DNA of 63,311 nt, filler included, from Gemmatimonadota bacterium (lineage in GTDB: Bacteria; 4572-55; J002), in assembly GCA_003697105.1 (NCBI GenBank). It is 7 parts of 7 records of this genome, joined end to end, with 100 filler letters (N's around TTAATTAATTAA, not from the genome) between each part and the next. Parts side by side here need not be neighbours in the genome. Positions count along the whole stretch, not along the records: positions 28,225 to 43,964 come from RFFQ01000061.1; 6 more parts are not named here. One strand, 5' to 3'. The position numbers were made by a program, and so were the translations under genes. Below, piece by piece: positions 28,778 through 38,818 of this stretch; positions within the stretch are counted from its first letter, which is position 1, and the number at the start of each line of letters is the position of its first letter. The notes beneath the pieces are model-generated. The model worked only from the letters and a program-made list of their open reading frames with translations. It was not told the DNA's origin and made no database searches.

Positions 28778-30286
28778 TCATTGATAGTTTAGGACATGAA
28801 TCTTCATTTTGCCAATGAGGGGCAGTAATTTCGGGTACTGGTCAAATTCACCTTCCAGCAATTTAAGATGGGTAGCATCGGCGATCATATCGCCGAACGT
28901 GGGGTCCATCGCCACCCATCGTGTGCCTGTCCAAACCTCGGGCCACGCATGGTAATAAAAGGCATTGTCCAAATAGACAACGCCGAGCGCAATTCGGGTC
29001 GGAATACCCACCGCCCGGGCAAGAGCGGTGAACAGCGTGGTGTGTTCGTTACAATCACCTTGCATTGTGCGGAGAACCTCAATTGCCGAAGGGATGCTCA
29101 TGGTGGGCACTTTTTCCACGTGTTTAAACACCCATTTTCCCAACCGATTTGCGGCAGACCAAGCCTGCGGATGGTCTTCTCCCAGAATCTGCCGGGCTAA
29201 ATGGCGAATGGTATCAGCATCGGCTTGAATGAAATCGGTCGGCATTAGCCACGAGTCCAACCCGTGGGTATCTAACGGAAGGCAAAGGCTATCATTTAGG
29301 TCAGGGCGGGTTTGGCTTATTTTCACCGTCACCGAACTATCTGTTCGGGCAAGGATCGTCTGCCGCTCTGTTTCCAGTAAAAATTGAGACCAATCAACCC
29401 CTTTTGAAACCAACCGGAGTGTCACTGAGCGAGTAAAGCGGGAATCGGGAATGAGGCGGCTCACCGGAATAGACACATCCACCAACAAATCACTGGTAGT
29501 CGCTACAATTTCCGGTGGCGGGGCTATTTTCATCGCCGCTTCTTTGCTTTCCCGCAACATGACCAAGCCTAGCAAGGTTTCTTCCCGTTTGACACTCTGT
29601 CCGGTAGGGTCAATCCAGGTGTAAGAATCCATGCCATTCAGGGTCATGCGGATTTTAGTGGCATAAATGGTCTCTCCCAGGACGGTTAAAAGTGTCCGTT
29701 CAACCAATTCGACTTCCACGGGAGCGGTTTTCTGCGACAGCGGATCAAACATATCAAAGGTGTAGGTTTTACCGGGTTTTAGATCGAGATTGGGCACCAT
29801 GTGTTCAAAAGCCAGTGGCATCGTAAATTTCCCTTTAATGGGAATATGCCGTTGGCTGTGTTGTCCGGCGGCATTGATGTCCAGCCGCAACATCTTTTCG
29901 CTAACATGACCCTCAAACTCCATCGTTTGACCGGCGGAAACCACTGTCATGGAAAAGTCAAGGGGGCGAAAATCCGGGCGAGTGTTGATGTAGCCTTCAA
30001 TGCGGGTATCAAGGAGGTGTTGCATTACCGGTAACCGCATGAACCAATTTTGCTCAAAGCGATAATTTCCATCCGGCAAAATATAAGTCGATGAACCGAC
30101 AAAACCGATTTTGACTCCATCTTTGTAAACCCCCATCCACTCTTCGCGGGCTTCTAGTTGTGCGATCACGTTTTGGATATCCAGACGTTCATGTTTACCG
30201 CTATAAAATCGCTGGAGCAGCATCCCGATCAATACCAGCCAGATCAGGATGAACAGAACGTTGAGGAGTTTAAACGCCAGTTTCAT
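28778..30286 (-). CDS. Membrane-anchored transglutaminase-like protein
   Basis: N-terminal TM helix; Cys-His-Asp triad in GDCNEHT, YYHAWPEV and MDPT. Confidence 0.85.
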   Translation of the reverse strand: MKLAFKLLNVLFILIWLVLIGMLLQRFYSGKHERLDIQNVIAQLEAREEWMGVYKDGVKIGFVGSSTYILPDGNYRFEQNWFMRLPVMQHLLDTRIEGYINTRPDFRPLDFSMTVVSAGQTMEFEGHVSEKMLRLDINAAGQHSQRHIPIKGKFTMPLAFEHMVPNLDLKPGKTYTFDMFDPLSQKTAPVEVELVERTLLTVLGETIYATKIRMTLNGMDSYTWIDPTGQSVKREETLLGLVMLRESKEAAMKIAPPPEIVATTSDLLVDVSIPVSRLIPDSRFTRSVTLRLVSKGVDWSQFLLETERQTILARTDSSVTVKISQTRPDLNDSLCLPLDTHGLDSWLMPTDFIQADADTIRHLARQILGEDHPQAWSAANRLGKWVFKHVEKVPTMSIPSAIEVLRTMQGDCNEHTTLFTALARAVGIPTRIALGVVYLDNAFYYHAWPEVWTGTRWVAMDPTFGDMIADATHLKLLEGEFDQYPKLLPLIGKMKIHVLNYQ

Positions 30287-30290
30287 GAGC

Positions 30291-30713
30291 TTATGGTTCG
30301 ACTAGGGTACAACTAAATTCAACGCTGGCAACACGCTTTCCGGCTACCCGAACAGTGCCTTTCATAAAGTAAGCACCGCCGATGGTTTCGACCAGCTCGA
30401 CCGTCATTTCCATCGTATCCCCCGGGCGAAGAAACCGTTTAAACTTGGCATTTTGGAGCCGGGTCAGGGCGGGGATTCCTGCTTTTTGATCCGGCAAGGC
30501 TTTTTTGAGGAAAATCGCACCGGATTGAGCAACTGCCTCGCAAATTAATACGCCGGGCATGATCGGATTACCGGGCATGTGACCCTTAAAGAAAGGTTCA
30601 TCCTGCCGCAAGGTGCGCCGGGTGCGGATCGAATTCCCGGTCAGTTCAACAATTTCATCCACAAATAGAAACGGTTCGCGCTGCGGGATGGCGTCGTAAA
30701 TATCGGTGTTCAC
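30291..30713 (-). CDS. fabZ: FabZ-family 3-hydroxyacyl-ACP dehydratase
   Basis: IPQREPFLFVD and FFKGHMPGNPIMPGVLICEAVAQ (catalytic His/Glu). Confidence 0.88.
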   Translation of the reverse strand: MNTDIYDAIPQREPFLFVDEIVELTGNSIRTRRTLRQDEPFFKGHMPGNPIMPGVLICEAVAQSGAIFLKKALPDQKAGIPALTRLQNAKFKRFLRPGDTMEMTVELVETIGGAYFMKGTVRVAGKRVASVEFSCTLVEP

Positions 30714-30744
30714 AGGTTATCCTCACTTAATAGAGTGAATAATA

Positions 30745-31485
30745 TCAAAGCCCACCGGTAATCTCTAAGACCGTACCAGTGATGTAACTCGCCTCTTGAG
30801 AGGCTAAAAAGAGTACACCCGCGGCAATTTCCGCCGGTGTACCGAATCGTTTCAGCGGGACTTGGTTTTTATATAATTTTTTTTGTTCCGTGGAAAGATC
30901 GGCAATCAATTCAGTCTCAACAAAGCCTGGAGAGACACAATTGACCGTGATGTTGCGCTTGGCAACTTCCTTAGCAAGGGACTTGGTTAAGGCAACCTGC
31001 CCCGCTTTGGAAGCGGCATAATTCGCTTGTCCCGCAAAACCATGCTCGCCAGAAGGCGACGTAATATTAATAATCCGCCCGTAGCGATGTTTCATCATCG
31101 CCTGCACCGCAAATTTACACATGTGATAGGTACCGGTCAAATTGGTGTCGATGACCTGTTGCCATTGTTCTGGGGGCATCATGGCGAGCACCGCATCTTG
31201 ACGAATACCGGCATTGTTAATGCAGATATGAATTTGGTTATACTCGGTTTCGATTTTTTCAAAGAAGCTTTTGACGCTTTTGTAGTGGGTAATATCAAAA
31301 TTATGTAAATTTAGATTATCAGCTTGACTCCCCTGCGCTGCTTTGAACGCTGTTGCCGCCGCGTGATTGCGGGCGTAGGTTGCCAATACCGTCGCACCGG
31401 CACTTAAAAACGCGGCCGTGATGGCGCCCCCAATCCCGCGCGTACCGCCGGTGACAATAACAACTTGATCCGTAAAATTGAACAT
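30745..31485 (-). CDS. fabG: 3-oxoacyl-ACP reductase
   Basis: TGGTRGIG, NNAGI, YAASK and VSPGFVET. Confidence 0.9.
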   Translation of the reverse strand: MFNFTDQVVIVTGGTRGIGGAITAAFLSAGATVLATYARNHAAATAFKAAQGSQADNLNLHNFDITHYKSVKSFFEKIETEYNQIHICINNAGIRQDAVLAMMPPEQWQQVIDTNLTGTYHMCKFAVQAMMKHRYGRIINITSPSGEHGFAGQANYAASKAGQVALTKSLAKEVAKRNITVNCVSPGFVETELIADLSTEQKKLYKNQVPLKRFGTPAEIAAGVLFLASQEASYITGTVLEITGGL

Positions 31486-31532
31486 AACTGATCCTTTAGA
31501 TTAAAATGGAAGGGATATACCGATAGACACCC

Positions 31533-32936
31533 CTACGCGCGAAGATATTTATCGACGTTATTACTGGTGATCACCCCGTAGTTGATCGCCCCCAACCAGC
31601 CAGACATGATGATCGCCACCGAACCGGCATGATATAAGCCGGGCACTTGTTCCGGCAAACCCTGACTGATTTTAAGCCCTTCAAACTTAGTACCAAAAGA
31701 GGTTCCCGCGGGGTGAAGGGTATAGTGCTTAAAGGTACAGGGTGTGGAGGCTTCGAGGTGGTCCACTTTGGCACGAATATCCGGCAAATACTTCTCCAGA
31801 CAATTTAGCGTATCTTCAATCAGATGGTCTTTTGCCTGTTGATATTCCGCTTTGCTAAGCCGGTTCCAATCGTCAAAACGGGCGTTGGTGGACGAGACAA
31901 TCGAAAACTTTCCCGACCGAAGGGTATCATAATAGACCGAAAATGTCCGGCTGGTGACCTTCATATCCAGCATAGCATCCGTGTTATATTCTGGAGCCGT
32001 GGAAGTGAAAATCAAGTCGCCAATGTATGGAATAGATTCGCCTTGCCGGATACCAATATACACCTGACAGGAGCTGGTATTAACCCGTACCTTGCGGGCT
32101 TCTTCAATAAAATCAGGCGAAAAATATTCCTCTCCGGTGAGCTTAAAAATGGTGGATAACACGTTGGCGTTGGAGAGTACCGCTTTGCATTTAATAACCC
32201 GTCCATTTGCCGCAATACCGGCCACTTTACCCCCCTCTACAATCACTCGTTCCACCCGAACATTTTTCCGCAGGTCAACCCCGTTGGATTTGAGCACCTT
32301 GACCATCTCTCCGATAAGCTGATCCGTGCCATAATCAAAGGTAAATACCCCTTTATTCATAAAATTGGAAAAGACAATTCCGTACGATATAGCGGGATCG
32401 TCCAGTGTTGAGCCGTTGGCATAGGTGATCGGCTCCATCAGCAATCGCCAGACATCCGTACGTCCGGGGAAAAATTGTTGGAATAACTCGCGCGTGGTCA
32501 TTTGCTGGTCATCATAAAAATTCATGCTCCGGGCGGTATCAAAAAAATTTTCGACCGTTTGGGGGTCTATCCCAAATTTATCAACCATAATCCGGGAGAA
32601 GTCTTTCCGATCAAACGTCGTTTCCAGTTTGAATTGCGGGTTATCAAAAATCACACCTTTCAGTTGATGAATATGACTGGCAATCTCCTTCGTCCAATAT
32701 TTCCGGCACGATTTGACCATCCCATACGGGAATCCGTGCAAGGAAATATCAAAAATATGCCCACCCTTACGGTGAAACCACGTCGCTAAACCACCAAATT
32801 GGTAATGATGCTCCAATAAGAGGACACTATGCCCGGCTTTCGCTAAAATATTAGCAGAAGTCAAGCCTCCAAGCCCACTACCGATGACCACCACGTCATA
32901 ATAATCCTTTGCACCTTTTAAAAAATCTTTTGCCAT
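31533..32936 (-). CDS. CrtI/phytoene-dehydrogenase-superfamily FAD oxidoreductase (B)
   Basis: [10 protein letters not shown]...[21 protein letters not shown] and GLYHAGS...GWLGAINYG. Confidence 0.8.
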   Translation of the reverse strand: MAKDFLKGAKDYYDVVVIGSGLGGLTSANILAKAGHSVLLLEHHYQFGGLATWFHRKGGHIFDISLHGFPYGMVKSCRKYWTKEIASHIHQLKGVIFDNPQFKLETTFDRKDFSRIMVDKFGIDPQTVENFFDTARSMNFYDDQQMTTRELFQQFFPGRTDVWRLLMEPITYANGSTLDDPAISYGIVFSNFMNKGVFTFDYGTDQLIGEMVKVLKSNGVDLRKNVRVERVIVEGGKVAGIAANGRVIKCKAVLSNANVLSTIFKLTGEEYFSPDFIEEARKVRVNTSSCQVYIGIRQGESIPYIGDLIFTSTAPEYNTDAMLDMKVTSRTFSVYYDTLRSGKFSIVSSTNARFDDWNRLSKAEYQQAKDHLIEDTLNCLEKYLPDIRAKVDHLEASTPCTFKHYTLHPAGTSFGTKFEGLKISQGLPEQVPGLYHAGSVAIIMSGWLGAINYGVITSNNVDKYLRA

Positions 32937-32950
32937 TCGTGAATTCCTTT

Positions 32951-32986
32951 GAGTTTTACGAGTTTTACGAGTTTTATGAGTTTAGA
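32951..32986. repeat. 9-bp tandem repeat (GAGTTTTAC) x~4
   Basis: GAGTTTTAC GAGTTTTAC GAGTTTTAT GAGTTTAGA, just upstream of the RBS of the second flavoprotein gene. Confidence 0.8.
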
Positions 32987-33005
32987 AGTTTGATGCGTTT
33001 GGGAG

Positions 33006-34397
33006 TTATTGTAGTACATGCAAATTTGCCATAGAGATACCACTAAGCATTGCGCCGACAATACCCAAAAAGCCTTGATCCGTCCCAATGATAAAGAGAT
33101 TCTTAAAAGGTGTTCGACCGTCTTTGACCTTATCGGGGGCACCATAAACCGCTCCGTTGATATGACCCGTATACCGCTGGATGGTTAGCGGAGTGAATGC
33201 ATCTGTATAAATAACATGGTCACGAAAAGGAGGGATCAGTTGCTCTACCGCGTCGATCATCTGGCGGATGACCCGCTCTTTGGCGGCATAATAAGCTTCT
33301 GAATCTGATTGAAGTGATTGCCACACCTCAAAATTGGAGATACAGGTTAATCGTAGCAAATTATCCTTTAAGGGACGGTCATACTGGTAATTATTGGGCG
33401 AACAAATCACCCCACTTTTAACATCTACTAAACCCTCGGCTTTGCGATACCGGAATTGTTCCCCCAAATTATAAAAGGTAATCGTTGCGTCATGTCCCCA
33501 ATCCGCCGGAGGTTGGTCTAGCACAAAAATCGTCTCGATAAATGTCATTACTCCGGCATTGGATTGAGGGTTCGTCACCGGCAAGGGGTCGATCAACGCC
33601 AATGTTTCATAATAACCGGCGGAGGAAAGAATTTTATCCGCGGTTAATATCTCACCATCTTCAAGTTCAACAGCTTGGATCCGGTCATCGGTGCATTTTA
33701 AAGATCGAACTCCGGCACGCATCCGCATTTCACCACCCTGTTTCCGATACTGGCGGACAAGCGCACTCGTTATTTGCCGGACACCCTGCCACGGCCGTGC
33801 AAATCCTTCATTAAAAATACTTTTGAACATGATTACAAACTGCCCGAATTCCATATCATCTTCTATTGCGCTGCCATAGTACATTAGCGGGCAAAAAAGC
33901 ATATCGATCAATAGCGGATTGGATAAATAGCGGGATACGATGTTCCGTGCCGATACCGGTTTGCGTTGTAGGTTTAGTTCGTCATAACTTAAAATTATGT
34001 CAACTAAATTATGGAAACCTTCCATCTGATCCGGAAAGTGTAACCGTACCTGAGCCACCAATTCATCAAAATTATTGGTAAAGCGCAACCGGCAATTTGG
34101 AAAGAGAATCTCTGAATAATTCTGCTCCCGAAGATCAAACGCTTCATAAGGAAGTTTAAGTTGGCGCAACAGTTTATTCAACGGGGCACGGCGTGCGGTT
34201 TTGGGAACGAAATTCGTCATTGCGTGCAACCCCACATCAAACGAATAGCCATCTTTTGTGTAAAACGAATTAAGCCCGCCGTACATGTAATGCTTTTCCA
34301 GAATCAGGACGGTTTTATCGTAGTAGGCACAACGGACACCCGCCGCCAAACCAGACATCCCTGCCCCAATGATAATGACATCATAATGGTTTGCCAT
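33006..34397 (-). CDS. CrtI/phytoene-dehydrogenase-superfamily FAD oxidoreductase (A)
   Basis: IIIGAGMSGL...LEKH..YGG, FDVGLH, FTPLTIQRYT..NGAVYG and GIVGAMLSG. Confidence 0.8.
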   Translation of the reverse strand: MANHYDVIIIGAGMSGLAAGVRCAYYDKTVLILEKHYMYGGLNSFYTKDGYSFDVGLHAMTNFVPKTARRAPLNKLLRQLKLPYEAFDLREQNYSEILFPNCRLRFTNNFDELVAQVRLHFPDQMEGFHNLVDIILSYDELNLQRKPVSARNIVSRYLSNPLLIDMLFCPLMYYGSAIEDDMEFGQFVIMFKSIFNEGFARPWQGVRQITSALVRQYRKQGGEMRMRAGVRSLKCTDDRIQAVELEDGEILTADKILSSAGYYETLALIDPLPVTNPQSNAGVMTFIETIFVLDQPPADWGHDATITFYNLGEQFRYRKAEGLVDVKSGVICSPNNYQYDRPLKDNLLRLTCISNFEVWQSLQSDSEAYYAAKERVIRQMIDAVEQLIPPFRDHVIYTDAFTPLTIQRYTGHINGAVYGAPDKVKDGRTPFKNLFIIGTDQGFLGIVGAMLSGISMANLHVLQ

Positions 34398-35607
34398 CTC
34401 GGTCTCCCTTCGCTTCTGCCGATAAACGAGAATTCAAACCAAGTGCGGCGGCGCGTTTTTCCCATTGCTTGCGCGCAAGTGCTTGCATATCTTCAACTTC
34501 ATCCATTTCATCGACAATTTCCATACCAAGTAACGTTTCAACCACATCTTCTAAGGTCACCAACCCCTCCGTTCCCCCATATTCATTGATCACCAAAGCA
34601 ATATGCTGGCGTTGATCCAGCAAAAATTCCAACAAATTGGAGAGCCGCATCTCTGCTGGAACGGGTGGTAAATGCCGCTTCAAGTGAGCCAGCGGAATCT
34701 GATCCCGGTTTTGGACTTTTGCCAACAGCATATCCCGTTTTAGGACAAAACCGGTCATATCATCGATATGTTTGCCATAGACCAAAACTCGGGAAAATGG
34801 ATTTTCCGGATCGGCTGCCCATGCTTGCGCAACGGTTATATCCTCCTGAAAGGCATGAATTACCGTCCGCGGGGTCATAATATCTTTTGCCCTTATAAGA
34901 CCAAAGCGAAATAAATTAGAAATAATACGCGACTCATGTTCATGGATTTTACCCGTCTCCTTACCCATACCTGCCATAGCGAGAAATTCATCCCGGCTGA
35001 ACACCTGAACGGGGTCATTTCGGGAAATCCAGCGGGTGAGTCGCTCTGAAATCCAGATTAACGGGTACAATACCCAAATTAATCCTTGCACAAAATACGC
35101 TGTTGGACGCGCCAGCGCCCGCCAATAAACGGCACCTAACGTTTTGGGGATAATTTCAGATAAAAATAGAATGGCAAGCGTCATCAACGCTGAAAATAGG
35201 CCGAACCAAGCGTTACCAAACACGATGGTTGCTTTCGCTCCGGCACCGATAGCACCGACCGTATGAGCAATGGTGTTCAATGTTAGAATCGCCGCAAGAG
35301 AGCGGTCAACATTCGCCAGTTTTAACTGCTTCAGTTTTGCCGCCAAATGGGGTTGGTGAGTATCCAAACCGGCGATATAAGATGGGGTAATACTTAACAA
35401 CACCGCCTCTGAAACCGAACAGAGAAACGAAAAGATCAAGGCTAACAGAATGTAAAGAACCAACATCACAACATCCCAGCGGGTGTAATCTGCGGCATTA
35501 CCATCGCCCAGATTACCGGTACCCACAGCAAAAGTACTGCTGGCGATGATCACCCCCACCACGACAAACCATGCTTGGATCGAGTATTGCCTCACACTTA
35601 GCCTCAC
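34381..35607 (-). CDS. CNNM/DUF21 + CBS membrane protein (hemolysin/CorB-like)
   Basis: SFLCSVSEAVLLS, SEIIPKTLG, DIMTPR and EYGGTEGLVTLEDVVE; no CorC C-terminal domain. Confidence 0.88.
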   Translation of the reverse strand: MRLSVRQYSIQAWFVVVGVIIASSTFAVGTGNLGDGNAADYTRWDVVMLVLYILLALIFSFLCSVSEAVLLSITPSYIAGLDTHQPHLAAKLKQLKLANVDRSLAAILTLNTIAHTVGAIGAGAKATIVFGNAWFGLFSALMTLAILFLSEIIPKTLGAVYWRALARPTAYFVQGLIWVLYPLIWISERLTRWISRNDPVQVFSRDEFLAMAGMGKETGKIHEHESRIISNLFRFGLIRAKDIMTPRTVIHAFQEDITVAQAWAADPENPFSRVLVYGKHIDDMTGFVLKRDMLLAKVQNRDQIPLAHLKRHLPPVPAEMRLSNLLEFLLDQRQHIALVINEYGGTEGLVTLEDVVETLLGMEIVDEMDEVEDMQALARKQWEKRAAALGLNSRLSAEAKGDRDGKPL

Positions 35608-35641
35608 CGGTATAACGTGCTAAAAATCACAGCATAAATAA

Positions 35642-35683
35642 TGATTAAACCTTGCAAAGGTCAATTTCTGCAAGGTTTAATCA
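35642..35683. terminator. 15-bp stem-loop downstream of ACP
   Basis: TGATTAAACCTTGCA...TGCAAGGTTTAATCA. Confidence 0.65.
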
Positions 35684-35709
35684 AAAGTAGATCATATTGA
35701 GATGCCGGT

Positions 35710-35979
35710 TTACCGGTCACCTTCATAAGGAACATCTTTTAATTTATCATAAAGATATTCTGCACTGCTGTTTAGTGTTGCTAATTCCATGTAATCGTCC
35801 TCTGGAACTTCAATTTTATAGCGTTTCCGAAGTTCCATCACAATATCCAGAAAGTCCATAGAATCGAGGTCCATTTGCTCCCGCAGGCGCACATCCGGAT
35901 CGATATTACTTAAATCTTCGTCGGGGACAATATCCTCTACAATGTCTAGCACCAATTTTTTGATTTCCTCTTTACTCAT
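35710..35979 (-). CDS. Acyl carrier protein (cluster-dedicated)
   Basis: Acidic 89 aa with LDSMDFLDIVMEL phosphopantetheine serine motif. Confidence 0.92.
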   Translation of the reverse strand: MSKEEIKKLVLDIVEDIVPDEDLSNIDPDVRLREQMDLDSMDFLDIVMELRKRYKIEVPEDDYMELATLNSSAEYLYDKLKDVPYEGDR

Positions 35980-36038
35980 TACACCCTCTCTAAACTGAAA
36001 ATGATAAAGTAAATCGCCAGTATTTAGCGGTCATAAAA

Positions 36039-37295
36039 TTAGGTTTCGTCATACTTTTTGATAATTACCACCGAATTAATTCCCATCATTCCAAATGAGC
36101 TCGCCAAAATATAATTAACGTGCCCGATCTCTTTCGGTTCGTTCAGCACTAAATTAACACCTTCACAATTTGGGTCGAGGTCATCCACATTAATGGTCGG
36201 ATGAACAATTCCATCATCAAAGGAGGGCAGATTTCCCGCCAATTCCAGCGCACCGGCAGCACCCATCGCATGCCCAATATAGCTTTTTGTATTGTTAACA
36301 TAAGGGCGGCGATCCGGTGAAAAGATAGATCGAATCGCTTCACACTCCTGAATATCACCGGCGGTGGTGCCTGTAGCATGCGTATTAACAATATCGATCT
36401 GTTCGGGTTGAAGATGTGCTTTTTGGAGCGCCAATTTCATGCACTGGGCTTGCTGGATGGGATTTGGCAATACGGGATCGGTGGCATCCGAAGTGATTCC
36501 ATACCCGACGAGTTCACCGTAAATACGGGCACCTCGTGCTTTCGCATCGCGAAGGCGTTCTAACGTATAAACACAGCCGCCTTCCGAGATTACAATCCCA
36601 TTTCGATTCATGTCGAACGGGCGGCTTGCTTTTGCCGGGTCTGTATGTTTCGCTAAAGCACCTTGACTTTGAAAAGCGGCAAAAATACCAAAGGTATGGA
36701 TACTTTCGGAAATTCCTCCGGCGAGCGCGAGGTCAACTTCCCCCAACCGGAGCATTTGCACCCCTTGGATCAAGCCCATATTTCCGGCGGCACATGCCGC
36801 GCCGATGGTGTAGTGCGGTCCCGTGATGCCCATATTCAAAGTAACTTCGCCTGCCGGATTATTGGCAACTGTGCGGGGGTTGTGATGGTGTGTCCAGAAC
36901 CGGACATCATAATCATATTGAGACAAATTATAAACTTCATTCTCGGTTTCGACATTGCCGTGTTCGGTGATGCCCAAATAGACACCGATTCGAGCGGTAT
37001 CCAGCGTTCCGATATCCAATCCGGCATCCTTCATTGCCTCATGGGCACAATAAACCGCTACCGAACCCGCCCGTGTCCCTCGCCGGATTTCTTTTCGATT
37101 TTGATATTTGCGCGGGTCAAAATCACATACGCCAGCGATAGTTTTGCCAATGTACCGGATTTCGTATTCTTGGACACCGGAACGGCGTTCCAGCAAGCTC
37201 CGCCGGAATGTCGTTAAATCATTATTGGAACCGGGGGCGGTCAAGCCAACTCCGGTAATCACAATCCGTTGTATATCTGAATTCTTCTGTTCCAT
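36039..37295 (-). CDS. Beta-ketoacyl-ACP synthase (FabF/FabB-type KS)
   Basis: RIVITGVG; Cys-His-His triad in AACAAG, NTHATGT and KSYIGHAMGAAG. Confidence 0.9.
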   Translation of the reverse strand: MEQKNSDIQRIVITGVGLTAPGSNNDLTTFRRSLLERRSGVQEYEIRYIGKTIAGVCDFDPRKYQNRKEIRRGTRAGSVAVYCAHEAMKDAGLDIGTLDTARIGVYLGITEHGNVETENEVYNLSQYDYDVRFWTHHHNPRTVANNPAGEVTLNMGITGPHYTIGAACAAGNMGLIQGVQMLRLGEVDLALAGGISESIHTFGIFAAFQSQGALAKHTDPAKASRPFDMNRNGIVISEGGCVYTLERLRDAKARGARIYGELVGYGITSDATDPVLPNPIQQAQCMKLALQKAHLQPEQIDIVNTHATGTTAGDIQECEAIRSIFSPDRRPYVNNTKSYIGHAMGAAGALELAGNLPSFDDGIVHPTINVDDLDPNCEGVNLVLNEPKEIGHVNYILASSFGMMGINSVVIIKKYDET

Positions 37296-37388
37296 AAGCT
37301 ATTGAAAGTAGTCTAAAAAGGTTATTAGGTCTTTAAGTTCACTGGATTCAACATTTCAGTTACCCATTAATTGCAAAAATGCGGCGTT

Positions 37389-37417
37389 AATGTAATACGC
37401 CTACCGGTCTCTGGCAA
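37389..37417 (-). promoter_or_regulatory. Possible internal sigma70 promoter for KS-ACP genes
   Basis: Minus strand TTGCCA-17 nt-TACATT in the oleD-KS intergenic region. Confidence 0.5.
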
Positions 37418-37424
37418 CAGTTTT

Positions 37425-38420
37425 TCAACGGTGCTGCCGGTAGTAGGCGAATAAGCGGTCAAGCGCCGTTTGCGGGTCAATTTTTGGCGAAAAATGAAAG
37501 TCACGCCGGGCGGCGGCGGTATTAAAATAGTGGGATTTTGCAAGTTGGGAGGCTAAAAAGCGGGTCATTTTAGGCTCTGATGAAATGCCAAACATGCGGT
37601 ATATCCCTTCCATTATCTGCCCGATCCGGTAAGCTGTTGGATAGGAAATTGTCCGCTTAATGGGTGGTAAATCTAAATTTTTTAACACATTTGCGATCCA
37701 GTCCCACAGGTTAACAGGGGTATCATCATTGATAAAATAACACTTCCCCGCCACCGCAGAACCCGGGTATAAGGCGTCCGCCGCTTGCAGATGTCCTTCT
37801 GCCACATTTTCCACGTAAGCAATACTGACCTGATTGGTGCCATCACCAACTTGCACCAATTGATTACGTTTTGCACGCTGAATCAAGCGCGGGATCAAAT
37901 GATTATCGCGTGGACCCCAAATTAAATGTGGGCGCAGAGATACCGTCGCCAGCCCATGCTGCCCGTTCGCGGCGATCACAGCTTGTTCCGCAAGCGCTTT
38001 TGTATGGGGATAATGAGCCAGATAACAAGCTGGGTAGGGCAAGGATTCATCACCGTTTATAATGTCATCATCACCAAAAACAACCGAAGGTGAACTGGTA
38101 TATATCAGTTTGGAGACCCCGTTCTGCCAGCATCCCTCAATAACGTTTTGAGTACCCGTGACGTTGATCGAATAGAACGTATCCCATTTACCCCACACTC
38201 CCGGTAGTGCGGCGGCATGAAAGACACAATCCATACCTTGGCACGCCGCCATAACGGCGTCACGCTGACGAATATCCGCCTGAAACGTTTCCACCCCGAG
38301 GCGTTCAAGTTCAGGATACGCCCCTCGACTCAAAGAGCGAACCTGCCATCCCCGGCTTAAACAGCCTTCCACAAGGTAGCGACCCAAAAATCCGCCGCCG
38401 CCGGTAACTAAAACATTCAT
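37425..38420 (-). CDS. oleD: OleD-like 2-alkyl-3-oxoalkanoate reductase (3beta-HSD/extended SDR)
   Basis: TGGGGFLG, YTSSPSVVF, HYPHTKALAEQ, LRPHLIWGPRDNHLIP; next to an OleC-like gene. Confidence 0.78.
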   Translation of the reverse strand: MNVLVTGGGGFLGRYLVEGCLSRGWQVRSLSRGAYPELERLGVETFQADIRQRDAVMAACQGMDCVFHAAALPGVWGKWDTFYSINVTGTQNVIEGCWQNGVSKLIYTSSPSVVFGDDDIINGDESLPYPACYLAHYPHTKALAEQAVIAANGQHGLATVSLRPHLIWGPRDNHLIPRLIQRAKRNQLVQVGDGTNQVSIAYVENVAEGHLQAADALYPGSAVAGKCYFINDDTPVNLWDWIANVLKNLDLPPIKRTISYPTAYRIGQIMEGIYRMFGISSEPKMTRFLASQLAKSHYFNTAAARRDFHFSPKIDPQTALDRLFAYYRQHR

Positions 38421-38453
38421 GTGCGGGTCACTCCTCTGTCTCGCATCCTGAAC

Positions 38454-38807
38454 TCATTCCTCACCACCGCCATACGCGGGCTCTATGATGGCACTCATCG
38501 AGCCTTTACAGCGGGGAATCCACGGATCGGGACCATAAGCGTGGATTTGGTCACGTTTCAGTTCGGCTCGCTCTTTGGTAGTGGTATCCACAATTACCCG
38601 TCCGGTATCGTCCACTTCGCACGCCATCAAATACGCCAGTTCGGCACTATGTCCGAAAATATCCATCAGCATCACGATCACATACTCATACGTATGATCG
38701 TCATCGTCCAGCAACACCACATGGTACGGTGGGATTTGGCTTAGATCGGGACGGCGGGGCTCAATCTTCGGTTGGGTAATTTCGATGGGTTCGATAGTAG
38801 TTGGCAT
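38454..38807 (-). CDS. clpS: ATP-dependent Clp protease adaptor ClpS family
   Basis: PPYHVVLLDDDDHTYEYVIVML...GRVIV...ERAELKRDQI; start set at MPTTIEP. Confidence 0.8.
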   Translation of the reverse strand: MPTTIEPIEITQPKIEPRRPDLSQIPPYHVVLLDDDDHTYEYVIVMLMDIFGHSAELAYLMACEVDDTGRVIVDTTTKERAELKRDQIHAYGPDPWIPRCKGSMSAIIEPAYGGGEE

Positions 38808-38818
38808 GATCGTATGAT

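Noticed and set aside
30291-37295. Ladderane or carotenoid biosynthesis call
   Set aside because: No radical-SAM/B12 enzymes as in anammox candidate clusters and no crtB/crtE; only partial gene-content resemblance.
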